A DNA stretch of 64,000 nt from Octopus bimaculoides (taxonomy: Eukaryota), in the NCBI RefSeq assembly GCF_001194135.2, contig NC_068994.1:3272525-3336524 (forward strand), given 5' to 3'. Below, in pieces: positions 23,563 through 36,660 of this stretch. The notes under the pieces were generated by a model. It worked only from the letters and a program-made list of their open reading frames with translations. It was not told the origin of the DNA and made no database searches. Each line of letters begins with the position of its first letter. Within the stretch, counting starts at the first letter, position 1. The position numbers and the translations under genes were made by a program.

Positions 23563-26500
23563 ACAATTTCACTGACACAACAACAACAACAACAAGAACA
23601 ATCCTGATGGCAAGAATTCGGGCAGAAATACTGAATTGTGTTGATAGATGATTAGATGTTTGCCTCGTGTTTAGTTGCAGCTTACCGTGTGTATGTGTGT
23701 ATATTGACATATACATAAACATGTGTACATGTTTGTGTGTGTATATATAAAACATATACACACATAAACATATGTACTCGTGTGTGTGTGTGTGTGTGTG
23801 TGTATAGATATAAACATATGTAAACACATGTACACGTATGGATATACAAAGATAATACAATTACATGCGTGTTTGCATCTGTATATGCATACATATATTC
23901 ATATACACTCACAGATATAGGCACATACACACACACACATATACACACTACAGTTTCATGAAGTTGTCTACCAACAAAATGTAAAATGTAATTTGACCCC
24001 TTATGTAGAAAGACAGGCACTAAATAATGGTCGAGCCTATACTGGCAGGTGGGTCCACTCCCAAAACAATACCTGTGTTCGCATTTACATTTCCACTGTG
24101 ACTTCTCAGAAACTGAGGCCACTAAAACATCAAATTTAAGCTTTAAATACTGCTTTCTGCTCATAATGCTTTTATAAACTTCCAACCCCATTCAGTGCAC
24201 ACCCAGTCCACCCCATCTCTCTTCTTTCCATCCGTTTCAGTGTCTCGCCTCTCCTCCTTACCAAACCATGCACTAAAACCTATCATCCAATCATTTCTAC
24301 CTGCCGGACCCTCCCAATAAGCTCCAACCTGCAGGTATTCACAACCTCACCCATCTGGTAGTTCCTGTAAAAGTTGTGGGGTTCCACCTCCTCCTGCCCG
24401 AGACCACGTCTTGTCTTATGTTAAAAATTCCCTGTCTAACATGATTTAAAATGAAAACCTTCCATCAAAATTTAATCTTAATTTATACTCCAAACATCAG
24501 CTTAATAACGACAAAGTTATTTTAGTAAATTCTTTGTTGTTTTAAAAATTAATTGGAACAAAGGCAGTTTATTTCAACGAAAGTATGACAATGAAATGAT
24601 TGAGAAAACTTGTTTTATGTGAAGCTTATTGAGGAATATTTAAAAATATAATTTGAGTGAAGCCTGGCTGTAGACAATGTGAGAGTGTCCTGTTTTATTA
24701 ATTTACAGAGAGTTTTCATGACCACCTTAAGATTGGCTGGGTTTAGGCAGTCAATGTTTCTCACTTGTTATGACTTTGTCTGCCAGCAGATCAGTGAAAC
24801 CTGTCTATGGCAGACAAAATCATGTCCTGTCCCTAAAAGTAGAATCATTAACATCGGTGGACTGGGTGATGGGCTGGAGATAGTCTGTGTTGGCAAGACA
24901 AGACAAAGGAAGGGGTCAGGTACAAAAATGTTGAGTCACTTTGTCTTTTATCTCCTGGTCCAGGGATATTCATCCAAGTCACTTTACAGTTTATCTTTAC
25001 GGGGACAGCTCATTGATGATGTCTTGAGATATATTTATGTACTACAATCAACAAGGGAGCCTCTCTAGTCATTGAATCTGCTAGAATTAGCAGATTTCCC
25101 TCAAGTTTCAACTCCACTACTTTGGCCTTGTCTCTCTTAAACATAGTCACCCTCTGTTGTAGGTGATGAGGTGAGGTCTCTGTTCTGATGATAACTTCTG
25201 TCATTCTTCCACCAGTCTTGGACACCCTTAATAGGGTCATGGATGCTGTCCTTCCTCTTTTAACCGGGTCATTAAATTAATACATTGGTTGATGCAAACC
25301 AAAATGATGCCTGAAGAAGAGGTGGGATGGTAACACTGTTTTTAAAATGAAGAAGCTCACTTTGGATAATGTAGTCCAAGGTACACTATACCTAGAAAAA
25401 AAGAAACTGGGTTGCAACTGCTGAAATACCTTTCATCATGGGTTTGTTATAATCAGGACCTATCTGATTGGTAAATAACAGCAGCCTTCTTCCTGCTGTA
25501 TATCGTAGTCAAGTTGGGATGTCAGAAGGATCTGGAGTGAATTAAGACAGTGTTGTCAGCAATGGAGAACAGTAATCCAAAGATTCAGTTTACAACAATT
25601 CCACTGTGCTAACAATGAGGATTTGGCACTGGGTTACTAATTTCTGAGGAAGGAGATCAATGGGTTGATTTATTATAACCAGCTCCATTAAGCTGTCTAG
25701 GATTAAAAGACCACCATGTAATGTTGGCAGTTTTTTTTTTAAATGCTGAGAGGTAATGCACTAGGGTGAGACATTTAGGCCACTGCATTAGTGCCATCGA
25801 CACTGCATTGCCATTTCAATTGTAATAATGGTTCAAATTTAGACATATGACCAGCACTTTTGAAAGCAGCGGGTTAATCAGTTGCATTGACCCCAGAAAG
25901 ATGAATGATGAAGTTGGGACTTATAGATCTGAAAGAAATACAGCCGGGCATTTTGTCCTACTTTCTGATGTGACAAAACCATTCAAGTGTGTATGTGTGG
26001 TGGTGGGTTATGGTGGCAATGTAGTCAGTTGAATACGTTTCCAGTTGTTGTTTTATCAATCTCAGAGAGATGGAAGACAATAAACCCTGATGGAGTTTAA
26101 ACTTAGAAATAAGAAGAGATATAACTAAATATTACAAACATTTAGTTCATCACCTATGTTTCTGTTGGTTTATTTCCTTAATAATAATAATCCTTTCTAC
26201 TAAAAGCACAAGGCTAGAAATTTTGGGGTATGGGGTTGAATAATTTCTTTGTGGCTCCTTGCCATTGCATAGCTCTGTCTTCCTATAGTCTCTCATTCTA
26301 CTCTCTCTGGTGTTTTTCTACTCCATCCCACCCACCTCACTTCTCTTTGTTCAGACCCCTGTCATGCTGACATCATCCTCACTGGTCCCTTTCTCCCTCT
26401 ATTCACCATACTATGGTCCACCTTCCCCTACGTGCCTCACCTTATGCACCCTCTTCAACACACCTCTGTACGAACTGTTGGTAAACCTCTTCACATTCAC

Positions 26501-27953
26501 ACACACACACATCGGACAAGCAAAGGGCACTGGTTATTTCTGGAACAGATTCCAACCATGCCATCATAAGGAAAAAAAAAACATTTCCAAACATGAACAC
26601 TGGTATAGCATCGTCCTACAAACACCATCTCTCTCACACGGCTCAGACAAACACATACACACACAAAGAAATAGCTGCAATGCCACTAGCTTCATTAGCC
26701 TCATGCACTGTGCTGAGTTGCACAGCATGAATGGTAAGTGCAGAGGAAACAGAACTGTTGTTCTCTGACCAAGTCCACCTTACTGTCTTTGACCAGCAGA
26801 ATCTATGGGCCTACAGAAATGGAATAGACAGTGGCAAGACTGTGATGCTGCTCCACACAGTTTATCACTGCAAGCTGGGAGTTGAACTGTTTTGGCCAAC
26901 TCCCTGCATAGCAGAGGTCAGGTTGAATTTGGTAAGGTGGGGGCTACGCAACTACAACACCAACATGTCTACACCAAACAGCAACACACACACACACACA
27001 CGCTGTAGAAGACAGTGGCAGCCAGATGCATAAGCTTATGTATGTTCTAATAAGGTGCATTGTGCACTTGGTATGGGTTACATTGATGATGATAATGATG
27101 ACTTCAATAATGATAATAATAATATTGCTTACTACACAATCTAATATGTAAACACATTCCCAGATGTGTAAACACATCTGCAAATGTGTTCTCCCTCCAC
27201 TCTAATAACACTTTACTCTCTCTCCTCATTGTCAAATGCTTTGGCCCTTTCTTTCGTTTTCATGTACACATTAATGTGCATATATATATACACACACACG
27301 TGTGTGTATATATATATATTGTATATTTATGCTTATATATATGTACGTATATGCATATTTGAATATATATATCTGTATGTGTGTATGTATAGATGCATAT
27401 ATGTATGATTTGTCATAAGTTGTTATATGATAACCAAAATGTAATCTAAAAGCTGAAGGCACTTAAATAAATAAATCCTATAATTTCAATGAAATAAACC
27501 CGTCTCAATTCGCTGCATTTAAAATCAAATGTTCAGAACGTGCTCCTCCCACTGTACAGGGTGCCAACCAGGAAGCTATCAAACATAGATTGGCTGTCAA
27601 GTACCGAAACACAAATGAGGTTCTACAGTCACAGCTGTTCAATATGGTGGGCCTGGTGCAGCTTCTTTGGGAAGACTCAATCTGCTAAAAACACTGGATG
27701 GAAATATGCCGCAAATTTGATTGGCTGCTAACATTCACCTCAATAATTATTTTATTGTTATAATAAAACAACTTATGTCAGATCTTATATATACATACAC
27801 AAGCATATGTGTATATTCATATCTATATGTATATATATATATACACACATACACACACACACGAGCATATGTATATAAATGTGTATATTCATATATATAT
27901 ATGTATATATATATACATACACACTCACACAAGCATATGTATATAAATGTGTA

Positions 27954-27996
<43 letters not shown>

Positions 27997-28739
27997 GTAC
28001 ACGTGTATATGTGCAATTTAACAGATGTTATATGGCCTTATGTTTACATCGTATATAGACGTACACATGCCTGTGGAGAAGATAAACATTGAGTTAAACA
28101 ATATCAAGTGTGGAGATTGATGTATGTATATGTGTGTGTATGTATATATATTTGTATATATGATGTTAATGCGTGTGACTCATAATATTGTGTGTGTGTA
28201 TATGTATATATATATATATAGATAGATAGATAGATATGTCTGTGTGTGTGTGACTTTGTGTGAATCTATATACACACATGCATATATCGTATGTGTATGC
28301 ATTATATATATATATATATGCATGCATGCACACATACATATTGTCTCTGTATAGACAAATATTGTTGTGACTTTAAACTACAAACTGGAGATACAAGATA
28401 TACAGAGAGTGACAAATGAATTAAAGCTAATGAAATGACTAATTGATGCTTTATACGCATTCTCCTCTAAACGACAAGTTCGTGGGTTCAATTCCTACAT
28501 TCTAATATTTAAATACTCCTCCTTCACCTTTTTAATGTACATCTTGATTACAAAAAGTTGTCTTGGAGTTTTTTTTACTATATTTTTTATTTTCAGTTTT
28601 CTTTTTTATTCACTGTCTTTAAATGCTTTGTTGTTGTTTGTTTTCCTTACGTTTTATTGTTTCTGCCTGTCATGATTTTTTTTACACTGTATATGTATTA
28701 TATACATTATATTTTTTATATATATTAAATATATTTTAT

Positions 28740-29750
28740 GTTATATATGTTTTATATATATATTAAATATATATCATATATATAGCATATATAACACACA
28801 CACATATATATATATATAGCATATATATATAGAGAGAGAGAATATATATGTTTTATATAGAATATATATGTATATAGAATGTATATATATATATATATAG
28901 AATACATATATATAGAGAGAGAATATATATGTATATAGAATGTATATATAGGTATATATAAATATATATGTGTGTGTGTGTGTGTGTATAGAATATATAT
29001 ATATATATATATATATAGAATATATATATATAGAATATATATGTATATAGAATATATATGTATATAGAACATATATAGTATATATGTGTGTGTGTGTGTA
29101 TATATGTATGTATGTATATGTGTGTGTGTGTGTATATATGTATGCATATATATATGTGTGTGTATGTATATTATATATATATATATATATATATACAAAT
29201 NNNNNNNNNNNNNNNNNNNNNNNNNNNNNNNNNNNNNNNNNNNNNNNNNNNNNNNNNNNNNNNNNNNNNNNNNNNNNNNNNNNNNNNNNNNNNNNNNNNN
29301 NNNNNNNNNNNNNNNNNNNNNNNNNNNNNNNNNNNNNNNNNNNNNNNNNNNNNNNNNNNNNNNNNNNNNNNNNNNNNNNNNNNNGTATGTATATATATAT
29401 ATACGTATGTATATATATATATATGTATGTATATATATATATATGTATGTATATATATATACATATGTATATATATATATATGTATGTATATATATATAC
29501 GTATGTATATATATATATATGTGTGTATATATATATGTGTGTGTGTGTATATATGTATATGTATGTATATTTATGTATATGTATATATGTGTGTATATAT
29601 GTATATGTATGTATATGTATATATGTGTGTATATATGTATATTTATGTATATGTATATATGTATGTATATTTATATATATATATGTATGTATATTTATAT
29701 ATATATGTATATGTATATATATTTTTTGTGTGTGTGTATACAGTGAGGGA
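28740..29750. repeat. Compound (TA)n/(TATG)n/(TATATAGAA)n microsatellite field spanning an N gap
   Basis: Seen directly; similar fields at 1-130, 14300-15430 and 27270-28340. Confidence 0.9.
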
Positions 29751-29910
29751 AACATGATCTACAATCTGACTGGGTTCAATAATCAGATTTATGTGTATAT
29801 ATGAATGTATCTATATGTATGTATGTGTGCATATGAGTAATGTGTGTGTATGTGGGTATTATGTTAACTGTTAATTTTCAATCAATTTCTTGTTTTATAT
29901 TTTTTAAAAC

Positions 29911-29944
<34 letters not shown>

Positions 29945-30629
29945 TGTTGTTGTAAAATACCCCATTAGACAACATGTAATTATTGCTAGTATCAATGATG
30001 TATTTCATTGGGCATCAGCTCTACGTCGCCCCCACCCTGCCCCTATCTTCACCCCCATCCCGTTCGCTTATGGTCCCCCACGAAAAACAAAAAAAAAGGA
30101 AAACAACTGTGATTTGTGAACTCCCTCGAAATCTTATCAAAATCTCTTCTCTCTCCTCACCTATCCCCATCTCACAGCCTCTTTTGTTCAATAAAACCTT
30201 CATTTGATGCTCTTTTCCATAAATGTATCGAATTTGTTCTGCCTATGACACACACGGTGGTGGTAAACACAGCTAATCACAGATCTCTGTGCATGTACGT
30301 GTGTCTGTGTGTATCGTCATTTAAAACAGTTTTGATTTCACTCCATGCGACTTAGTTTTGCGGTCGACCAATTGAAGCCCCAGCTTGTTCGTGCTCAGAT
30401 TGTAGAAGGAAGAAGCACAGCAAGTCCTTTTACTTTCATTGTCCTTTCACTCATGTTGTGTGTCTGCATGTATATATGTGTGTATATATACATGTGTGTA
30501 AATATATATGTATATATCTGTTTATACATGTTTGTGTGTATATGTATACATATGTATGTGTATATATATAGTCATATATATATATATATATATGGTCATA
30601 TATATATATTTCTGGTCATTTTTATTCAT

Positions 30630-31028
30630 TTTTTTTTTATTGCCAAATAAACACGAACTATATATTCGTTCTTCATTCATTTATTTCTGTTCTCATTCTA
30701 ACTCATGTCCATTGTCCAGAAATCTTTCATCACACATCTGTGACCTCCTCAGCAACACTTTCTGTCTTTTTGTGTGCTCTTGCTTTGCTTATTCTATTCT
30801 GTTCTTCTTTGATGTGTATCCTTATATGCGCACGTGTCTGTATGTCATTTTTCTGAGTAGCTCTCCCGACAGCCCCATCCCTTACTCCGTTGCTGCTACT
30901 GCTACCCTTGAACCATACTTTTAGTACCATTCTTGTAACTCATTGTGTTTGTGTGTTCATCGATGCTGCTGCCATTATGGTAGATGTTGTTAGATATTGT
31001 TGTGGCCTTCTGTGGAGTTAACATATGT

Positions 31029-31068
<40 letters not shown>

Positions 31069-32207
31069 ACATATGGGTTAGCTTCCTGTGTTGTTTGTAT
31101 CCATGCCCTTTATACAGTTTTTTTTTTATGTCTCTAAATTTTTTAATATATATCATAGGTATGTGTGTATATGTCTATTGTATGTGTATTATGCTGTTTG
31201 AATCAAGTTTTTTTTTTTTCACCCTTCAGTCTTCAGTCATGTGTGGTAGAACTCATCCCTTCGATAAGTCCCGATATACGGAGAACAATTGTATGTAGGA
31301 TGAACCCACAGCTTATTTGTAAGGTTGGGAATATAGTGTATAGCTTACGATGTACTGAGGAACGGTGCAGAGGCATGACAACTACTTCCATTGGAGAGGC
31401 AGCATGGGGCGTAGGGGAGCGAGTTGGTGAACACACTGGCAAGAGCTCAAAGAAGAGAAAGACTTGTCAGTGCTCTTCCAACATGCTCGAGCAGAACATA
31501 GAGGCTCAGTCAATAGCATAGAGGTCACAGTATTAGCAACACATAGAACTGACACGACGCTTGGACAGATCACAGATGCTACACACACAGCAATAAACAG
31601 ACCAAGCCTCAACAGAAAACACGAATGGAACAATAATCACCACGCCACACATGCCGACTAAAGACTTAAGGGAGAAAAAAAATCATACTAACAGCATAAT
31701 ACACATACAATAGGCGTATGTGCACATACCTATAATATATATATATATTAAAAAATTAGAGACATAAAAAAAGAAAACTGTATAAAGGGCATGGATACAA
31801 ACAACATAGGAAGCGAACCCATGTACATACACATCCAGTAACTTCACAAACTGCCACAACAATATCTAATAACACCTACCACACTGGCAGCAGCTTGATT
31901 GAATACACAAACACAATAAGTTACAAGAAGAGTACAAAAAGTTGGGTTTAAGGGTGGCAACGGTATAGGGGACAGGGCTGAGGTGAGGGTCATAATGCTA
32001 CTAAAAACGTGCATATAAGGATACGCATCAAATAACAGAATGGAATAAGCAGATCAAGAGCACACACGAAGACAGAAAGTGTTACTGAGGAGGTCACAGA
32101 TGTGTGATGAAAGATTTCTAGACAATGGAAATGATTTAGAATAAGAACAGTAATAAACGAGTAAAGAATGAATACATAGTGCGTGTGTTTATTTGGCAAA
32201 AAAAAAA
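30630..32207 (+). mobile_element. Penelope-like element relic: inverted pLTR / GIY-YIG endonuclease fragment / pLTR
   Basis: Arms 30630-31246 and 31645-32207 are reverse complements by eye; spacer encodes GNIVYSLRC..C...SIGE...GERVGEH, frameshift near 31460, then SVLFQHARAEH...RPSLNRKHEW. Confidence 0.8.
31247..31661 (+). pseudogene. Frameshifted GIY-YIG endonuclease (Penelope type)
   Basis: NIVY / SIGE (YIG-like) / R..EH / RPSLNR motifs across ORFs 31165-31521 and 31464-31661. Confidence 0.8.
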
Positions 32208-32538
32208 CAAAGGACCATCCTGAAGTATAACAATACCTGTTTCAACACACTACTTCACATCAGGAATCTTGCAACACAAATTCATATATATGTAGGTGTA
32301 TATATGTGTATTCTTTTCTTTTACTTGTTTCAGTCATTTGACTGCGGCCATGCTGGAGCACCACCTTTAGTCAAACGAATCAACCCCCAGACTTATTATT
32401 TTAAGCCAAGTACTTATTCTATCAGTGCCTTTTGCTGAACCACTAAGTTATGGGGATGTAGACACACCAACATCGGTTGTCAAGTGATAGTGGGGGAATA
32501 AACACAAATACACACACACACACATATATATATATACG

Positions 32539-32886
32539 GTTTAGATATAGATTCAAGGCTTGAATATGGTACTTATGCGAAGGCACCCGAATATCGCATC
32601 CCAAAAGGATGGGTGATTAAAATCAAACAATAAGCAACACTGATTTCAAAAGTGATTGCAGTACGCATGTTTCATGCTACTTCAATTTATTTAAGTAATG
32701 TGAGCATTACCTTAAATGCAATATGAAGAGCAATCTTCAGCTGCACGAAAAATGCAGAAAAAAGACATATTACAAATGCATATTGCATTTAAGGTAATGC
32801 TCACATTACTTAAATAAATTGAAGTAGCATGAAACGTGCGTACTGCAATCACTTTTGAAATCCGTGTTGCTTATTGTTTGATATAT
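32539..32886 (-). mobile_element. Non-autonomous Penelope/retrozyme-like insert with 104-bp inverted repeat
   Basis: Arms 32622-32725 and 32779-32882 with 2 mismatches, 53-bp spacer; contains a hammerhead; right end runs into an N gap. Confidence 0.65.
32657..32745 (-). ncRNA. Type I hammerhead ribozyme (Penelope-type minimal stem III, long stem II)
   Basis: Minus strand: UGCAG CUGAAGA UUGCU-[hairpin]-AGCAU GAAAC AUGC GUA^CUGCA; perfect 5-bp stem I, canonical core, GUA cleavage triplet. Confidence 0.8.
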
Positions 32887-34139
32887 NNNNNNNNNNNNNN
32901 NNNNNNNNNNNNNNNNNNNNNNNNNNNNNNNNNNNNNNNTATATACGATGGGCTTCTTTCAGTTTGCATCTATCAAATCCACTTACAAGGCTTCAGTCGG
33001 CCTGAGGCTATGTTAGAAGACATTTGCCCTAGGTGCCAGACAGTGGGACTGAATCTGGAACCATGTGGTTAGGAAGCAAGCATCTTACCATGTATATATC
33101 TGTATGTATGTATATGTAAAACGAATCAGTGTTCAAGTATGAGCTGAATTTAGGTTAATTGAAACCCACCTTAACCACCAAAAGGCAAATAGACTGCAGC
33201 TAATGTAGAGAAAAAGTCTCTCCTATGGCAAAAAGGCACGAAAACATCCAGTGCCACCAGCAATCCTAGACATCGATGTTTCGAATCTCCCGACTCCTGT
33301 CAATGAGATGCATCCTACACAGGCAACTGTGAATGAACCTGACAAAGCTGTAATCTTATATAATTCAGTGAACATTCAGATTGGCTGATCGGGGGAAACA
33401 ACGAAACACCAGTGTGAAGCTGTGTCCATGAATAAGCAGAACCTAGAACCTAGGTTAGTTGAATCATGTTTGTCACTATGTGGTTGGGAAGCAAGCTTCT
33501 TTCTCACACAGCCACACCTACACCTACCATATCTTTATGTTACAATATTATTATGATATTGGTGTTGTTCTCTCATTCAAATATAAAAATCTAACCAACC
33601 AACCAACTAACCACATGGGGGTATGTTTAGTTTGTCTTGAATTAATTTAATAAAAAACAACAAATTGATAATCAAAAAAGGAAATGTGAAGAAAAAGATA
33701 TTTTTTAATTTCTAATTGGGAGAAGTTACTAAGTGACTTAGCGGCTGAGATTTTCGTGTGTGGTACTTACCAAAACTAAAAACAAAATATATTTATTTGA
33801 AGAAAAAGATACATCTATTTCAACAACACTAAAGAAAAATTGTACATTGTTGGATAAATGTAAAATATTTTTACAGCATCTTGGTATAGGCAGCTATTTT
33901 TAGCTTGTTATTCACTTCAATTTACATGTCTGTAATTTTCTGCACTAAAATATCAATTGCCCTCATCTTTTTAAAGGTCAAATTCCACTGCTGGTAGACC
34001 ATTCATGTTGATAAACTTGAATTCATTCAAACTGTGTGCTACTATTGGTGACCTAAATTTGGGTGAAATGAAATTTAAGCAGATTCTACTTTCACAGCCA
34101 GCAGTGGGAACTACAAACTCACTAACAATGGACAGTAAT

Positions 34140-34181
<42 letters not shown>

Positions 34182-34759
34182 AGGAGGAGAATGCAAAATA
34201 AGGAATGTTTCTCTCTACTACGATATCATTTTACTTAAGTTTCTTCTATTCTAAGAAAATGCCCTCAATGATAAAATGTAACATTAAAATGACTTTGCAA
34301 ATGGAAGATTTGTCTGGATGCTATAAAATGCTCTCTGTATTTCTATGGGAATTGAACAAAATATCATTTCAAACTGATTTGATAAGAATATGACTTATTC
34401 TCGTAGCTTCTCAGACCTAATTCATCTTTATTTCAAAATCTTATGAGATATCCACTTTACTACAAACATTTCTTTCAAACATAATAAACAACGAAAACTT
34501 GAAATTAGAATAAAAACATAGTTTCAAAAATATTTTACAATGAAATATTAATGAGAGAGAGTCAGGAGGAGGGGATGTTAGAAACAGTTTCTAACTTCTT
34601 TGTCAGTTCTCTTACTAAATCCTATTTTTATGGTATTTTCTCACATTTTGGAAAGTAAACACAAGATTATTATTACATTTTCAATAATATTTCCTTAAAT
34701 TATCTTCCCTACACCACATTTAATATCTGGATAGTTAAATAGTATGTAAAAGACAGTAC

Positions 34760-35125
34760 TTTACTGTCATACCCACATACCATGTAAACCAAACTAGTTT
34801 GTGGTCTCATCTATATACTAGGGAAAGCAAACTGTTTCATGGACACATCCATGTACTATGGAAATAAATCAAGCTGTTTTGGCCACACCCATATACTTTG
34901 GAAATGAAACTGTTTTATGGTCACATCCATATACTATGGAAACTGCATTAGCTTGTGGTCTCACCCATATACTATGGAAAGTAACTTAGTTTGTAGCCAC
35001 AAACTAGTTTGAGGTCACACTCATATAGTATGTAAACCAAACTGTTCTGACCACACCCACATACTATGGAAACCAAATTGTTCTGGCCACACCCATATAC
35101 TATGAAAACCAAAATGTGTTGTGAC
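34760..35125. repeat. About 37-40 bp minisatellite, about 9 diverged copies
   Basis: Consensus approx. TGGCCACACCCATATACTATGGAAACCAAACTGTTT. Confidence 0.85.
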
Positions 35126-35809
35126 AATGGCTGTAAACTGTGTTGATGACAAACTGAGGAGTGGGTTACTATGTGGTTGTTCAATCTGCTAGAAATAACG
35201 ACCTAATTACTTCCTAATATCTTTATTATATTATTTATTTCTCTGGTTTCAGTCATTGGATTGTGGCCATGCTGGGGCATCAATTGAAGTGTTTAGTCTG
35301 TGATATCAATCCCGATACTAATATTTATTTTTTTTGCAATTTTTATTTATCAAATTGTTAAAATACTTTTTGACAGAATGGGACACAACTCAACACACCA
35401 CTTTACACCTTATTTCTATACACAAACATAGAAACACACAAACACACACACACACACAAAAATAATATATACAGCAATAAAATTCTGTCATAGATATGAA
35501 TATGGTAGATACACGTCTCAGGTGTCCTGCAGTGGGAACTGAACCTGGAACTATGTGATTGTGAATTGAAACTTTTAACCACAGCTAATCTTGTGTTTAT
35601 ATCTGATAAAAATGACTTAAACAAGGTATTTGATTATAATGTAGTTATATTGGTTTGTCCAAAGTGTCTGTTTGGTTTTTGTCAACTTTAAACATCAAAC
35701 ACTAATAAGTACCTGTCCCTTTTGAATGCACACTCATAGGATACTTGACTCTTCAATGAAGTTCAATGTGAATTGGCAACAAAACAGGTTGTATTTTGTT
35801 TGTTTGGGA

Positions 35810-36660
35810 TCACCCTGAAAATGAAGAACAAATATTATCAACACCTATTTTAAAAAGAGGCAAGAAAGTGGTGGAAATTTGCAGGAAGATATGCACTGTG
35901 TCTGTCAGAAGTAGATTTTCAAGATTTCGATTGGGAAGTTTTTTTCTGTTCAAGATGCACCTTGCTTTGGCCAGCAAACTGAGATTAACAGCAACAAATT
36001 GAAGGAGTTAGTCACCACCAACACCTGTTATAAGATCAGGATGATTGTAGATATTCTCCCAATGGCCAAACTGAGCACTGAAGACCATCTACGTCGACTT
36101 GATTACATCAGCAATTTGTTGCAGAAATGTGAAGAAAATGGTCCTTTTTTTAAGAAAATATTGACAAAGGACAAAAGCTGAATCAGTTATAACAATGTAA
36201 AGCACAAACGATCATGGAGGAAGCACAACAAACCACTACAAACAACCTCCAAAACAGGACTTCACTTGAAGAAGGTTATGCTCTCAATTTGGTGGGGTTG
36301 AAACAGATGTCTTTTACAAGTTCCTTCCCATGAACAGGACTATTAAGTCAGATGTGTTCTTTGACCAGCTGGACAAATTCAATGCACCAATCCACCCATA
36401 GCATCCAGCACTTTCTAATTGTAAGGGCATCCTGTTTCCTCATAACAAACACCAGACTGCACACGTCTTTGCAGACATGGTAGAAATTACTAGGGCTTTA
36501 CTGGGGAGGTTTTGTAGCACCCTCTATATTTGTCTGGCCTTGTGCTTGGGCTCTTCAAAATACATTGAATGGACAAACCCGCAGCTCTGAAGAGGATGTC
36601 AAAATCCACCTGGAAGAGTTGTTTGCCAGTAAAGACAGGAAATTCTTTGAGCAGAGAACA
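35810..36660 (+). mobile_element. Degenerate mariner transposase relic
   Basis: Fragments FKRGKKVVEICRKI, SRFSRFRLG, KILTKDKS.ISYNNVKHKRSW, GLHLKKVMLSIWW; many stops and frameshifts. Confidence 0.8.

Larger units (their letters stand above)
32315..33090 (-). mobile_element. SINE family A interrupted in its internal (TA)n by a fold-back insert
   Basis: 3' half at 32315-32538, 5' half at 32940-33090; TATATACG on both sides of the insert. Confidence 0.8.

Noticed and set aside
31975-32025. Possible decayed hammerhead in the large Penelope pLTR arms (AAAAC-GTGC-ATA; GACAC-GTGC-GCA in the other arm)
   Set aside because: Neither arm retains GAAA plus CUGANGA or a stem I; needs a family consensus
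34760-35125. CRISPR-like repeat-spacer appearance of the minisatellites
   Set aside because: Units are contiguous diverged tandem copies with no unique spacers; eukaryotic context and no cas genes
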